A stretch of DNA of 64,000 nt from Antechinus flavipes (lineage: Eukaryota), in contig NC_067402.1 of assembly GCF_016432865.1 (NCBI RefSeq), forward strand, positions 147,932,001 through 147,996,000, given 5' to 3'. Shown here piece by piece: positions 12,947-27,084 of the stretch. The notes beneath the pieces were generated by a model. That model had not been told where the DNA came from, searched no databases, and worked only from the letters and a program-made list of their open reading frames with translations. Both the position numbers and the translations under genes were made by a program. The stretch's first letter is position 1; the number at the start of each line of letters is the position of its first letter.

Positions 12947-15900
12947 TTCAGTTTAGGTTCACCTTAATTCTAATACCTTCTGTTTATACTGACACTTTAT
13001 TCTGTATATAGCTTATTTGTAAATAATCACTTTCATATTTTTTTCCATCATTAGACTGAGTGGAACTGTCTTTTGGTCTTTCTTTATATCCTCAGTGCTT
13101 AGCAAAGTGTCAGGCACATAGACTGGTGTTTTATAAATATTTATTGACCATTCTTTTTCTTCTGCCATATGATCCTCATGTAAAATTGGAACTCCTACTA
13201 AGTAATGGGATTTTCTGGTTCTGGAAAATCATCAAATATCCTTATGCCCCCAACAACAACAACAAAATAACTAAAAATATAAAACTAAAAAACAACCTCA
13301 AGACCAGACCACAAAAACCTGAGATCAACAAAGGGAATACTCTGGCTAGAAACTCATGAAATGCTTTATGTTTTGTTTGTTGCAACTAATGAATGTCGGG
13401 ACTCCCTAGAGTAGGGGCAATTGCATTAAACAGTCAAACAAAATAGAGGATCTTTTCTAAAAAGGCACTATTAGGTTCAGTTAAATGGGAAACATAATGG
13501 GAAGTTGCCATAGCTACTAGAACTCCTGTGACCTCTTCTCAGCTTGATATAAAGTTCCCTTATTAAGGCTGATAACATCTTTGAATGTCAGCACACCTGG
13601 AATGTCAGGAGGCTGAGGTCAGCATCCACCTGACAATGGTGCTGTTATCTCCCTGGATAGCTCATTTATTGTGACATGTTTTTAAATATGTCACTCTGTC
13701 AAAAGATCTAAAGAAATGGTCTTGAGAAAGACGAGCTAAGTTTAAGGCTAGGTTCCCAAATGTAGTTACAACTCTTGGCAAGTTTTGTTTATTTATTTAT
13801 TTTTTGGTGAAATGGGAATTATGAGGTTTACATTAGCTCAAGTCACTTAATCTGTCAGCCTTAGTCCTCTTATCTGTAAAATGGGGATAATAATGGGCTC
13901 TATGTCACAAGGATGTTATAAGATTCAAATTGAATGATATATGTAAAGTATCTTGGATACCTTAAAGCTATGAAACTTTATAATTCATACTATAAATATA
14001 AATGCTAGCCACAATTATTATCTACATCTTAGGGCTATTGGAGCAATACACTATGTAAGACTGAAAATGCTGAATAATATGAGCAATTACTCTTGTCATT
14101 ATACTAAAAACTTTATGACTCTATAATTATAACAATAACAACTGCATTGATGTTAATATAATAGAGGCTGCAATAAGGATAAAAGAAGAAGGAGCAAGAG
14201 GTTGAGATAGAGTGTTAAGAGAACTCCCTAATTCAACAACAGTAATAATCTCCTGTGGACAGAGGGACATGAGAAACTGGGTGGTTTTTGGAACTGAAAG
14301 TTGAAGTATGTGCTGATTGTTCCCTTGTTATGGGGTGATGTTTTAACAGAGTTTTTGCATTTAGTAAGTGATAAATAAATGTTGGATGAATTAAACATAA
14401 AATACATATGTTACCATGAGTTTCCTCACTGGGAATTCCTTATATCAATGAAATTATATCTGGTTGAAAAAATTAATTTAATGATGGCAGAACTTCTGGA
14501 TGAATGAAGACTATCGAAATCTTAAGTTGGAAATAGCTTCAGATCTAGTATCTTATTGTCTTATCTTTTCTTTATTTCCCTTCTCATCTTCCCCTTACCC
14601 CTTTCATCCATTAATGTCAGGAGGAGATAGGAGATTTGTAGTTATGTCAATGTGTCTGTGTCTGTGTCAAAGGATTTGTTTTGTTTTTCATAGTCAGGGA
14701 GAAATAATTTGTCTTCTGAAAAAGTTTGCTCACTTTCTTAAATTACTGAAAGGCAATATAATTGGTAAGGGGGATTTTGATGTTTTTGGAATACTGAAAT
14801 AATGCATTGCTCATCTTCTTGGTTAATGTCATGACAAATGGTAGGTATTAAGTCAATATTTGTTGTGGGCAAACATTAGACATGAGTGTTATAATCTTTC
14901 TAAAATCTGAGGAACTGTTTTTGTATGATTTTTCAAGAAAGTCTGATCCCCTGAAGTGGACACAAACTAATTGGGTCTATTAAGAGCTCTCTGGAGGAAT
15001 AGGATCTTAGGCTTGTTTTGGATTGGAGTGGATTACTTTAAGGTTCAGTTCACGCAAAGGAGTAGATCCCCAAGATGCCAAGTGTAAATGATTGATTCAG
15101 AATTCATAATTTTTGACTAGATGGAACATTCTGCCATTTATAGCCCTTTCAAGGAGCCCTCTAGAGAACCATATCTTAGATTTGTTTTCAATTGAAGTAG
15201 ATAACTCTCAGCCTATATTTATTCATATCCTTAATACAGAAAGGTTGATGCTCTAAGATACCAAGTGCAATTAACTGGCTTCTATGGTCTATGTGTTCAT
15301 TTGTGTCAACCAGAATGGAACAATCTATTATAACATGCTACAATCTGGGATCCTTTGAAGTCAGAAAACACTTTTGAAACTAGCCTTCATTGTATTTGTT
15401 TATGACCTAGAATGATTATACTTTTAAAAAAAGTCATGATGTACGTCTGTCTAAGATGGGTGACCTCTAAAATTTCTGCATGTAGAACAAAGAGTGAGAA
15501 AGTGCTTGTATAGGGAGTTGATACTTTTCAGCTATAGATTATCTCCAAAAGAACAGGCAAAACCTATCTGGAACATTAAATGGAGTTGGGATTCTATTTA
15601 AAACTATGACTGTTTTCCTGACATCTGGGGTAGGAAGGAATGGTTAAATTCTCTGTCCACATTCACCTGAAATAATTGACAAATTGCAAAAGAGTCCTGA
15701 GTTCAGGAAGTCCCCAAGGATGGATAGTCAAGAGCTTTCTTTTTAGCTTTTAGGCTGGAATGATTCCAGGTAATTTTAACAGATGTGCTGCCAATGTCTT
15801 TACACTTAGTTTCCTATTACTATTTGCTGAGGGAAGAATGATGGTTGAACAAACTTCAAAAAACCTTTTATTTTGGGAAATTCTTTTTTCCTTTGACATG

Positions 15901-17284
15901 AGAGGCCAGAATCTGCTAGAAGGAAATAAATGTAAACCTCAGGAGGAAGTTCCAGTCTGAAAAAAAAAAAACAAACTTCAAAACTGAGAGCTCTGGGGAT
16001 TTCAGAGTAATTCTAAAGTTTACCAAGTTTGCCATTTACCAAGTCCTACTGAAGCAAATGCAAATAAAATGACTATGATGAAAGGGTTGGGTCAATTATT
16101 TTAGGTATAAATCTTATCTTCTTTCAAGCTCACCCCCTGTGTACTTGATTCTTTCTACTCTTTTATCTTGTTGGCTGGCTAGCTTGATGAAAGGTAAATG
16201 GAAAGAAAAATGGCTAATTTGAGCTCTAACTTGTACCTTTATCATGAAGAAGACTTATCTTTGTTCTATTCTTTTATGAGGAACATCCATTAAAATAATG
16301 TGACTCTCATCCATAAAATTTATGACACTATTAATGCTCCCTTTTAAGGAGATAGGGTTACCACGATTATCCTTTCTCTTGGTAACAAAGTCATTAAATT
16401 TTGTAAAAAGTAGAAATATTGCTGCTTTGAATAAAATGAGAAGAACATTTCTATTTGAAGGAACAGAACAGAGATGAGTTTGGATTTATGTGTTACCTCT
16501 TCTCCTAAGAGAACATAGCCTTTCCACATATAGTACCTGATTCATCTTCCTAATATCCTTGTCAACTAGACAAGTCAAATAGTATCATTCCCATTTTAAA
16601 GGTGGAATAACTGAAATACTGCTTTGGGCATTAGTCTATCCATAGATTAGTGGATCTCTGAAAGTGTGGGGATAGAGAAATAGATAGAGATTTTGAGAAG
16701 TAATTAATAATAATAATGGCTGATATTTACATAATGTTCTTTAATGTTTGTAAAGAAATTTGTATATTTCATCTTATTTGATTCTTATAACTATTCTATA
16801 AAGGAGGTGCTATTATTAGTCCCATTTTACAGATTACTAAGGCTGAAAGATTAAGTGATTTGCCTGGGGTCCTACTGCTAGTAAGAGACTAAATCAGGAT
16901 CTTAACTCAGGTCTTTTGGAAACCATATCCAGCCATCTATTCTCTGAGTCAAAATGAGCCCCACTTTTTTGCTGAGAGTGAAATTCAAGGCCGCTATAAT
17001 TTGAAAATGGTATTCAGATGATTAAATATTTACTTAAAAGTTAGGGAACATGTCAGAATTCCTGCCATAGAGGATTAGAATGTGCTAAGAAGCATGGGGA
17101 AATTTTTGTTTCATTTACATAGTAAACATTTTAGGAATATACAGAGTTGTGGGGGATAACTTTCTTGGAATTTCTGTGAGGCTTTTCACATTTTCATTAA
17201 CTGATATTATGATGATTTATATTTATTTCTATGCTTCAAAGACTTGTTTTTTCTTTAGCAATCAGTTTAAAGGCAATTTACAAG

Positions 17285-17620
17285 CTGAATTACTTTGAGC
17301 AAGTCACTTAATCTCTCTCAACCTCCATTTTTTAAAAAATAAGTTTTTATTGATAGAACCCATGCTAGGGTAATTTTTTACAGCATTATCCCTTGCACTC
17401 ACTTCTGTTCCGATTTTTCCCCTCCCTCCCTGCACCCCCTACCCCAGATGGCAAGCAGTCCTTTACATGTTGAATATCAACCTCCATTTTTCTATCTGCC
17501 CCAAAAGGACAGTGATCATATTTATATAACAACAGTTTTTCTTTTTAGGATTAAATGAGATAATATATTCAAAGCACTTTATAAACTTTAAAGCACTATA
17601 AAAATGTTAAGATATTATTA
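17285..17620 (+). mobile_element. MIR SINE interrupted by an L1 insertion
   Basis: gagcaagtcacttaatctctctcaacctccattttt|ctatctg... rejoins into the MIR core once 17333-17491 is removed. Confidence 0.7.
17333..17476 (-). mobile_element. Young, heavily 5'-truncated L1 (3' UTR end only) with 15-bp TSD
   Basis: Recognisable dasyurid-type L1 3' end (ttttattgatagaacccatgc...ttcccctccctccc...cagatggcaagcagtcc). TSD tcaacctccattttt at 17318-17332 and 17477-17491. Confidence 0.9.
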
Positions 17621-17639
17621 ATCGCAATGTCAAGTCTTC

Positions 17640-18672
17640 ACTTGCTTTTTATCTAACCAAAGTTTTCTTTATTGGATCCTCTTCCAGATCAAGTCCTCTA
17701 AACATAGGTGTCTCTCAGGGTTTTGTCTTGAATCCTTTTCTTATCTCCTTTTGTACTACTTTTCTTGATGATCTTATCAGCTCCCATGGATTTATTTACA
17801 AACCCTGCTCAGAAACTCTCTGCTGACTTCTGATCTTGCATTTCTAAATTGCTTTTCAGATATCTACTGGATGTCCAGTAGATATCTTAAACTCGGTATA
17901 TTCAAAACTGAACTCCATATCTCTCTCCCTACATCCTCTCTTGCCTTTCCTATTATTGCCAAGAACAAAAGGCTTTGAATCTTGATGAACTTCTCAATCT
18001 CTATCACTCCCATATGTTACCAGGGGTTATCAATTTCATATGCTCCCTTTTCTTTTCTGATGCTGCTATCACTCTGGTGCAGGCCCTCATCACCTCATAC
18101 CTGGATTACTACAATTTAAGTCGTTCCGCATTCCTACTCCAATCCATTCTTCATTCAGTCATCAAAGTGATTTTCCTAAAGTTCAGCTTAACCATATTAC
18201 CTCACTTTGTTCCCTCCATTCAATAAATTCCAGTGCTTTCCCATTGCCTCCAGCAGGAAATACAAAATGCTCTGTTTAGCATTCAAAGCCCTTCATGACA
18301 ATATCCCAACTTTTCCAGTCTCTTCACACCACAACTTACCCCTCACTGGATCAAAGTGAACCCAGCTTCCTGGCTGTTCTATCTCTTGGCTCTGAGAATT
18401 TTCTATGATTGTCCCAACTTCAGGGAATCCTCTCTCACCTCTGCTCTTAGTACTAACCTTTCTGTCTTCCTTTAAGTGCCCCTAAAATCTCATCTTCTAT
18501 AGAAAGCCTTCCCAAATCCTCTTTCAAGTATCTCCTGTTTTCCTGTATATACCTTGTCTGTATAGATTTGTTTGCTTGTTAGATTTCCAGCTTCTTGATG
18601 GCAGAGATTATTTTATGTCCATTTTTGTGTTCCTAGCACATGGTAGGTATTTAATGTCTATTGATTGATTGC
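17640..18672 (+). mobile_element. L2 LINE 3' fragment
   Basis: Typical L2 3' region (caggccctcatcacctcatacctggattact...) ending cctagcacatggtaggtatttaatgtctattgattgatt. Confidence 0.85.
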
Positions 18673-20881
18673 TGAAATGATTAGTTATCTAATGATGGAC
18701 TCTTTTATGAAGAGCTTGTCCAAATGTAAACAGATTAATTCTTGGAAAACACACATATTGGTTATCACATTGCACCTGTACTTGGCAAGACTCTCAGGGT
18801 CATCTCACTGCTGAAAAATTAGAACAGGGCTTTTTTGTAGAGAATGACTCTTATGTACATACAGAATAAGTTTTTCACTTTTATCTTCAGAGGGAACATC
18901 CTCTTAATTAATACTTTATTCCCCCTTAATTTACAATTATGTCTAGCACTTAGAGTAGGAAGCATGGATACAAATTAATTTGAAAATTAAGAGACAGGTT
19001 AGTTTAATTAGAAATTATTAAAGATCTTAAGTTTGCTTGACTTTCCTCACTTTGTGACTGGGCTTGGGTTACTTTACTCATGGCCCAGGCTATTTACGAA
19101 CCTCTTTTATATCAAATAGAAACTCAAATGGTAGATATAGGCTTTTACTTTTGTCTTTCAGTTTCCTATTAGTGTGGAAAGATGAAAATGTTGGTGGGAA
19201 AAATGGCTAAAAACATTTTATTAATATCAACTGGGCAATCTTATACAGGTATTAGAAGAAGTTGGAATTTTTTTTTCTTCCTTATAATTGACTTAGAAGC
19301 AGAACCTGATCAAGGTACAATCTCTGTAATGGAATCCAATCCAATCCAACCCAACCAGCATCTATTAAAAACCCATGATGTGGAAACACATAATATATTA
19401 AACAACTATGACTTCGTGCATGGCCTTGGAGGTATAAACAGACCTTGCTCTCAAATTACTTATATTATCTTGGAGCTGGTACATATAATTAGAGAAGTAA
19501 AGATAGGATCATTTGAGGAGGCTGAGAACAATCATCCATAGCTTTATGTTACTAAGTTGAAGACATCCTGGCTCTCCTTCTATAATATAAATTATATCAC
19601 ACCTCAGTTAACCATGAAGGTTAAAGTGTTCTGGTTTGTATATGAGCAGATGATCTTCTGCCTGTATTTCTATCAGTTTCTTAACCTCTTATTTTCAATC
19701 AATTAATATTTACATGTTACCAAATGTAATCATCAAGTTAGGGTCCCTGCCTTCAAAGATCTTGTCACCTAGAGATAAAACATTTGTTTTCCTTTCCCTT
19801 TCCTCCCATATAGTCCCTCGTTTTTCTTTTTTTTTTTCTTTTTTAAAGCATTCTCAATATCTGACATAAAGTCCGTTGCCCTTGGGTAACCCTTAGATGA
19901 TAATAATAATAATGATTGTTACATGGGGAATGAACCTCAAGGAATTTAAAAAATATGTGTAATCTGCTAGGTGGTTGTGGAATCAGATGCCTTGGTTTTT
20001 TAATGTTGAACATGGCTCACTGTCTCTTACTAGTTACTTGATTTCAGTCATCCTACACTCTTTTTGGCTTTTGGTTCCTTCTCGGGGGTTTGGTTTCTTC
20101 AATTATAAAATAAAGTGGTTACTAACTAGTTGATTTCTAAGATCTCTTCGAGCTCTAAATTTATAGTCCCCTGGCTAAAAAAAACTCATATTTAAACCTC
20201 AGTTTTATAAACTGTAAAATGTGGATTAAAAAGATATAAGATCCTAAGTATAACTAAGATTGGATGAAAAGTTTTGTTTCAAAGCAAACATCGAAAGTTC
20301 AAAAAATTAACATTCTTTCTCTATTCATTAGTAAGATAAAGGTTTTTTTAAGGTCTAATTTCTTTCATGTTTTCACACTATGAATTATACAATTAGAGTA
20401 TATATTTCATTCTGCTCACCCAAGGTGTCAAAATTTCTAGTTATAGCTCAACTTTTGCTGCTTGAGTCATATAGTTATTGTGAAGAAAGCACTTTATAGG
20501 TCACTATTTAAATGAGAATGATTATTATAACCACACTCACAGGTTACTTCTATGAATTTGTAATATCATTGATGTGGGTATTATTTACATTGGTACAGAA
20601 TAAAACCCAGAACATATTATGAATCTCCAATATAGGCTATACATCTAGCTGCACATCCCATATGCTGAACAAGAAGCAGTCTTCATTTCTTTGATACCTC
20701 TTTGTAAATAGTTATGGTGAACTTTTTGGGTGAACATTGCTTTCCTTAAGGATGCACTGTTGCAACCTCCTAGCATTTGATGGAATAAAATTAAGCAGGA
20801 TTTCAGGGTTGCACCAACTATGCTGATATTCTAAGCTCTTATCACAGTGGTTGGCACATAGTAGGCTCTTAAAAAATTCTT

Positions 20882-21026
20882 TTTTTTTTTCTGAGGCAAC
20901 TGGGGTTAAGTGACTTTGCCCAGGGTCACAAAGCTAGGAAGTGCTAAGTGTCTGAGATTAGATTTGAACTCAGGTCCTCCTGACTTCAGAGCTGGTGCTC
21001 TGTCTATTGAGCCATCTAGCTACCCC
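20882..21026 (-). mobile_element. Full-length WSINE1-like SINE with ~11-bp TSD, inserted in an L2 3' tail
   Basis: Complete tRNA-derived head, core and poly-A on the minus strand. TSD aa(a/g)aaattctt at 20871-20881 and 21027-21037. Flanks ttggcacatagtaggctctt...gataattgatc are an L2 tail. Confidence 0.9.
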
Positions 21027-24000
21027 AAGAAATTCTTGATAATTGATCTATGGGCAATGCTTCTTATATTTAGAATCTACAACAATGTCAAACATCTTTG
21101 ACAAGTATACATCTCTCTGTGTTATGTTTTGATGACAACAATCAGTAAATCACAGAATAGTTATATATACAAATTGCATGGTTTTAACATATGCCTAGAA
21201 TTACTGTGAGATTCTCATGAGATGGCAGATGTAAAGTATTTTTAAGTGCTAACTGTCATTATTATGAACTTTGATGCTCATTGAAAAACCCCAATATGAC
21301 TCTGTGCTATCTAGAATCTAACAACTTAGATACCATATAGAATATGATCAGTTTTAAGATATCTTAAGTAGCAAAGATTTCATAAAAATAGAAAAGGTTG
21401 TTTATAATAATTTTACAAAAAAAGTGACCAAGACATTGGCATCTAATGACCCATATATCTACCTTTTCATCTCTAAAAAAATCTATGTGAAAATGTACTC
21501 TGCACATATTAGAACATCCTTGATAAAATTATGAGAAGGAACATGAAAGCTTTCATAAATGGTTTCCTATAGCAGATCACACATTTATCATGGTAGAGAG
21601 GTATAGCACATATCAAATATAATTGCATCTTTTTTTTTAATATTGAAAAAGCATTTGATTCTGAAGAAGAAAATGTGGCCATGAAGGCTGAAGTCAACTG
21701 ATGTTTCCTATACATATTTTCACAGTGTACAAGACTCTATGAGAGACAGAAACAGAGATAGCTTTGTTCAAGGACCCATTGGATGTTGACATCTACGTGT
21801 ATGGTTTTTGCTAGTGTCACTGAGGATGGGCTCAGTGGAAATCAAACAAAAGAAGAATTTCTTGTTAATAATAAGGTTCTGTAAGTACTGCTATTCACCC
21901 TTGGCACTGCATTAATCACACTGAATCCAAGAACACTACATTAAGACTACAGAAAAATCTCTAGCAATGTGAGATTGGCTTAATCATTCAGAAAGCAGAA
22001 AAGCACCATGAATTAAAAGATATAATTCACATTATGACATGTAGCTGGACTAGTAGCCTAATGAATTAGTCTACAGATGTCACAATGCATTTGATTCTTA
22101 CAATTCTGGGAGGCAGGTGGTACAATTATAATCATTTTTCAGATGAATGAAGAAAAAATTGAAATGAGTAATATAGGTAAAGTACTTTGCAAATCTTGAA
22201 GTGTTATATAAAATGTTAGCTATTATGTATGTTTTGGAATAGGTACTACTGATGGGTTGTGAACTGGGCCCAGATTTGAGTAGGAGGAGGTGATTTGGGT
22301 AGATAGCATTTGGGAAAGTGCCCAGTGCTTTTAATGATCTCAAAATGCTTACTACTGCAAAAGCATCTCTTTTTTTTTTAATCCCCTTCTCCTGAGGATA
22401 CTTTAAGGCTGCAAATCATAGACCAGTACAATCATGGAAGAATCCAATTGTAACTAAGGGAAAGGGTATTGAATGCTACATGGTAAGTATGTGAATTGTA
22501 GCTATCATCAGCTATGACTCATGTGTAAGAAATAGGATGAAAGGTTCCACAATCAACATGTCTGATTAATAAAAGACTCCATTCTTTTTCTCTGGATAAT
22601 ATATAAAAAGTGGGTCCCCCCAAAAGTGAGTTTGTAGAAGAACTAAAAGAAGAACTAGCATATTGCATAGATGCTATGCAGAGCATTTATGGATAGATAA
22701 GAATTGTCTGGTAAAAGAAGGCAAGGAACTGTTTCAAACTATATCACTGAAGGGAAGGGAATAGCCACTCACACAGATAAAGTCACAAACTCATTGAAAT
22801 AGTTAAGTAAAGCACAGGTCCCATGATGGGAATATAGTGTCTTTCTTTCTCAAAGAATCTATTCCTAAACCATCTATCCCTTCTCCTCTTGTCCCCTATT
22901 TGAAATGCCTTTCCAGTAACATTGATGGATTTACATGATTCTTTTTGTATGCTTTCATTTAGCTTCTCCTCGGTCCAGAAACTCATAGTTCACAAATGTC
23001 TATGGTTCAAGAACAGAATGAAACTAACTGGACCCTATAGGGTACAGTGCTTTATCTTCTGGTCTTCTAGACATATTGCTTTAACCAATTGAACTATACA
23101 GTATCTTAGGAGATAGACGCAGTATACAACAGGCAACAGCTCTGAGAAGTGAATGTTATTGGTGGTCACACTATAGATTAAAACCACTCCACTGCTTATT
23201 TGTAGAACTGGGAAGCCATGTCAAAAGATATAATTAAAAAAAGATAATGACTTTCAAATTAGTTTTTATTAAGAGAATTAAACCATATTAAGCCTTGAGA
23301 TAGGGTTCATAAATATGCTAATAAAGTATTCTTCACTAATGAAAAACATACATAGATCAAATAATTTAAAAGTAATATATAGCTTTATAACATTAAATAT
23401 TAACTATATTAATTGCTAATATAAACTCGCCTAAGGCCATTTTCAATTGGCAGCTAAATAATGAGGGAAATACTGACAGATCTTTAAATAAAAGGACTCT
23501 GAACCATAGGCAACTAATATGAAGGTTGGAATACTGCATATCTAGAGCAGACACGTTGTGTATAATCAAAGGCTGAGAGATTATTACTGAAAGAATCAAA
23601 AGGTTATGGTTGGGGAGGCAATAATTACTGTTCTGTATATACTGACGGCAGAACCATGGAAACAAACTTCAATTGCAGAATTGTCTTTTTAGACCCCTTG
23701 CCTAACTTAGTTTATCTGAAATGACCTGAAATAGGTGCAAGTTTACTGCAAGGGAAGAAAATGAGCTGGGTCACTTTCTAGTAGACCTGTAATTCTCTAG
23801 CCTGCATTCAACCATCTTATTTTCATTTAGGAGATATTCATGCTCAGTTGAGGGATAATCACCCTTGAAATACTTTGGAGGAGATGGGGCTTGCTTTGCT
23901 GGTTTCAGATGAAGATGTTAGGAAGCCAGCAGGTACTGAAACAGAGTGTGGAATTTGGAGAGTAGAATATCTAAGTATCAATTCTGATCAATACATACTG

Positions 24001-25181
24001 TGAGATCCTGAACAAGTCACTTAATCTTTCTGAGAACCTCAGTTTCCTCATCATCAAAGTAAGGAGTTGGACTCCATGATCTCTAGTTCTTCTAGCTCTA
24101 ATTCTATGATCCTGTAACTTTCAAATACTGAGACCAAAGATAAGCTTCTTATTGATTAGAGTAATGCTAGATTTTTTCCCCCTGAATAGCTAGAATAGAA
24201 AGATAAAATATTTCCTCTGACCTCTTTAAAAAAACATCAAAATTTTAAAACTTGCAGAAGATAAAAATGGAAATTGTTTTAGTTTTAAGAAAATTTTACT
24301 ACACCCATCTCACTAGCGGGAGAATGAGGTATATTGCTCACTAGAAAAAAAAAAACAGACCAAAAGATTATAAAAAATCTTATGGGTCTAGGACTGGAAA
24401 AGATCTCTGAAGCTCAAACTGAGTTCTAATAGTTCAAACTGAGGTCTAGGAAGGTAAATAATTTGCTCAGACACACAGTAAAGAGATGAGATTTGAACTC
24501 AGGTCTCTTTTTCTAGATGTCAAGGCTTTTCCCACTGTACCACACTATTCCCTAATACTTTATGTGAGCACAGATTGCTTCTGTCCCTTAGATGAGCTCT
24601 CTCAATTAGCCTACAATTGTGACTTGGGTAGAGAAGCTGTTTATTGGAGAAAGTGCCTGGATGAAGAACTTCTTAATTAAAGTTTTTGTTGGGGCTTTTT
24701 GCTTCATCTGGCAGAAAGATTATATTGTTAGGGTTTGGACCCTGGTTTGTGGAATGGATGACTCAAAACAGTATAGTGAATGTCCCAGTAAAGGGAGCTG
24801 AAAGGTGAGTGGAGATGAATATATGACTAAACTAGACACTTTCTTAGAATGGAGAGTCCAGGAAGAATCAGCCACCCAAAAGGGCAGAGAAGTACTGTGT
24901 GTTTCCAGTGTGAGAAGGTTAGGGCTTGGTCTGGTAGAGGTTCTGGGGTTCTGGGGAGTCTAAGACAAAATATGTTATGAGTCCCTAACTCCTCATGAAG
25001 GCAAAATAGATGAGGTTTCTCTTATCCATATCTATCCTTTTTTCTCAGTGCCCCTGATGTTAATTTTAATCTGATTTCAATAGCTTCAAATTTTGGGAGA
25101 AGGTAGCTATATGGGTGGTTCATTCATGGGATCCTAAATCTTCCAAAGGGTGACTATTAGAACATCAATTTCCTAGTTTTA

Positions 25182-25352
25182 AGGCGCTCTTTCTAAATAT
25201 TATGATAGTGGATTTCTGCTTCACATCCCAACTGAATGACATAGGAAAAATTCCAAGGCCTTCATTCAATTCAACAGGGAATATTATCTAGTGATTAGAG
25301 AAGAGGATTGAGGAAGGGAAGTGTTCATTTTCCTCTAAGACTAAAGGCTTCA
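25182..25352 (+). repeat. 171-bp exact dispersed duplicate (copy 1; copy 2 at 26914-27084)
   Basis: No mismatch seen by eye; offset 1732 bp. Confidence 0.95.
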
Positions 25353-26913
25353 TTAGTAGTGAAGCAGGTGTAGTAAAGTTCTTTTAAAATTAAAACAATT
25401 TCAATTTTTATTTATTGCAAGTTTTAAAATTATGATATTTTTTAAAGCGGTCAGAGGGAGAATGAAATCAAATGACTGAATATTCTGGTTATTCAGGGAA
25501 AAAAAAAACTTAACATTAACCCAGTCAGTAAGAAACTTATTTTTGGTCTCAGTATTTGAAAGTTACAGGCTTGTAGAATCAGAGCTAGAAAAGCTAGAGA
25601 TTATCGAGTCCAACTCCTTTACTTTGATGATGAGGAAACTGAGGCTCTCAGAAAGGTTAAGTGATTTGCTCAGGAGTTCACAGCAAGGGCTATACAGAAT
25701 TAATACCTAGCTTTTCTATACTCCAAGTTCCACACTCTGTTGGAACCACATACTCAGAGAAGAAGAAAGGGTCTAGTATATTTAATTTCTCCCAGCCCTG
25801 GGTATGTAGGGGCAGGGCTGATATCCTTTTTTTCTGAATTGAGTTAGTGGCAAACTCTCTTTAAAATTGCTGGGGAATCTGAATTTGATTGTTAGCTTTG
25901 CATTTTTCTTTTAAAGTTCTTGTCAATTAAGCCAGAGTATTCTATAGTCATTGGGGAATCTTCTCTAGCCTTTTATAACAAACACACATATATATAGTCA
26001 TATATATTATAGGACTCACTACATGATAGTTGCAGTCGATAAAGTACTCCTTTCCTATATAACTTTTTTGGTATCTCCATCCCAGAAGTCTTTGCATATG
26101 TGAAATTTCTGACCTTGTTAAAACGGTTTCGAACATACAATTTGCCTTGACTACACCTTACAACATTCCCAAACAATATACCTAGTATACTGCCACCATA
26201 AACACATTTTATTATTCCTTCTAAGCCATTAGGGAGATATTTCTTTTAAAAAAATTAATTCAGAGGGGAAAATGAGAATACCTCCATTCCAGGGTCTCAT
26301 AGTACCCTGATAGATTTCAGAATTTATATCTGTAATTTTCCACATATTTTTATGCTCTTTGCCATGTGATATTCACTGAAAGATATTATGGCCTCTTGGC
26401 CTTTGAAATCTGTCATCATTTTTCTTTTTAAATAACATTTTATACTTTGGGATTGATAATGAACAGTAGGTAGTACCTATGTAAAAGGTCAATAAATCTT
26501 TCAAAATGGAAAAAAAAAAGTTGCTATATCACCAGACTAGAGATGCTCACATTTTCCATATATTCTCTCAAAATTTCTGCAACTCTCTTTCCTAGCTCTT
26601 ACATATTTATTAAGTGCTACAGATGTGTTTGTATAACACATTTTAATACTCAATTTTGTCCTTGAATAGTTTTTTACCCATAGCTATAAACCTGTCTGAA
26701 CCTTAGGGAATCTCATATTCAAATTTTCTGATGGTTTTAGACCAATGCTAATAACTAGTATTTTGATTCATTTAGTTAGTCCCCCTTTTTCCACACTGTA
26801 GGCTCCTTAAATTAAGTCAATATTACTAAAAATAAGAGGATGGCTATTTAAAATGCAGCCTGGATGTAAATGAACATTCTCAGCTCCGTCAAGATGGTCA
26901 CACAAGACAAGGC

Positions 26914-27084
26914 AGGCGCTCTTTCTAAATATTATGATAGTGGATTTCTGCTTCACATCCCAACTGAATGACATAGGAAAAATTCCAAGGCCTTCATTCA
27001 ATTCAACAGGGAATATTATCTAGTGATTAGAGAAGAGGATTGAGGAAGGGAAGTGTTCATTTTCCTCTAAGACTAAAGGCTTCA
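26914..27084 (+). repeat. 171-bp exact dispersed duplicate (copy 2)
   Basis: Matches 25182-25352. Confidence 0.95.

Noticed and set aside
19182-19541. 119-aa plus-strand ORF
   Set aside because: Runs through an antisense L2 tail and low-complexity sequence; no homology recognised.
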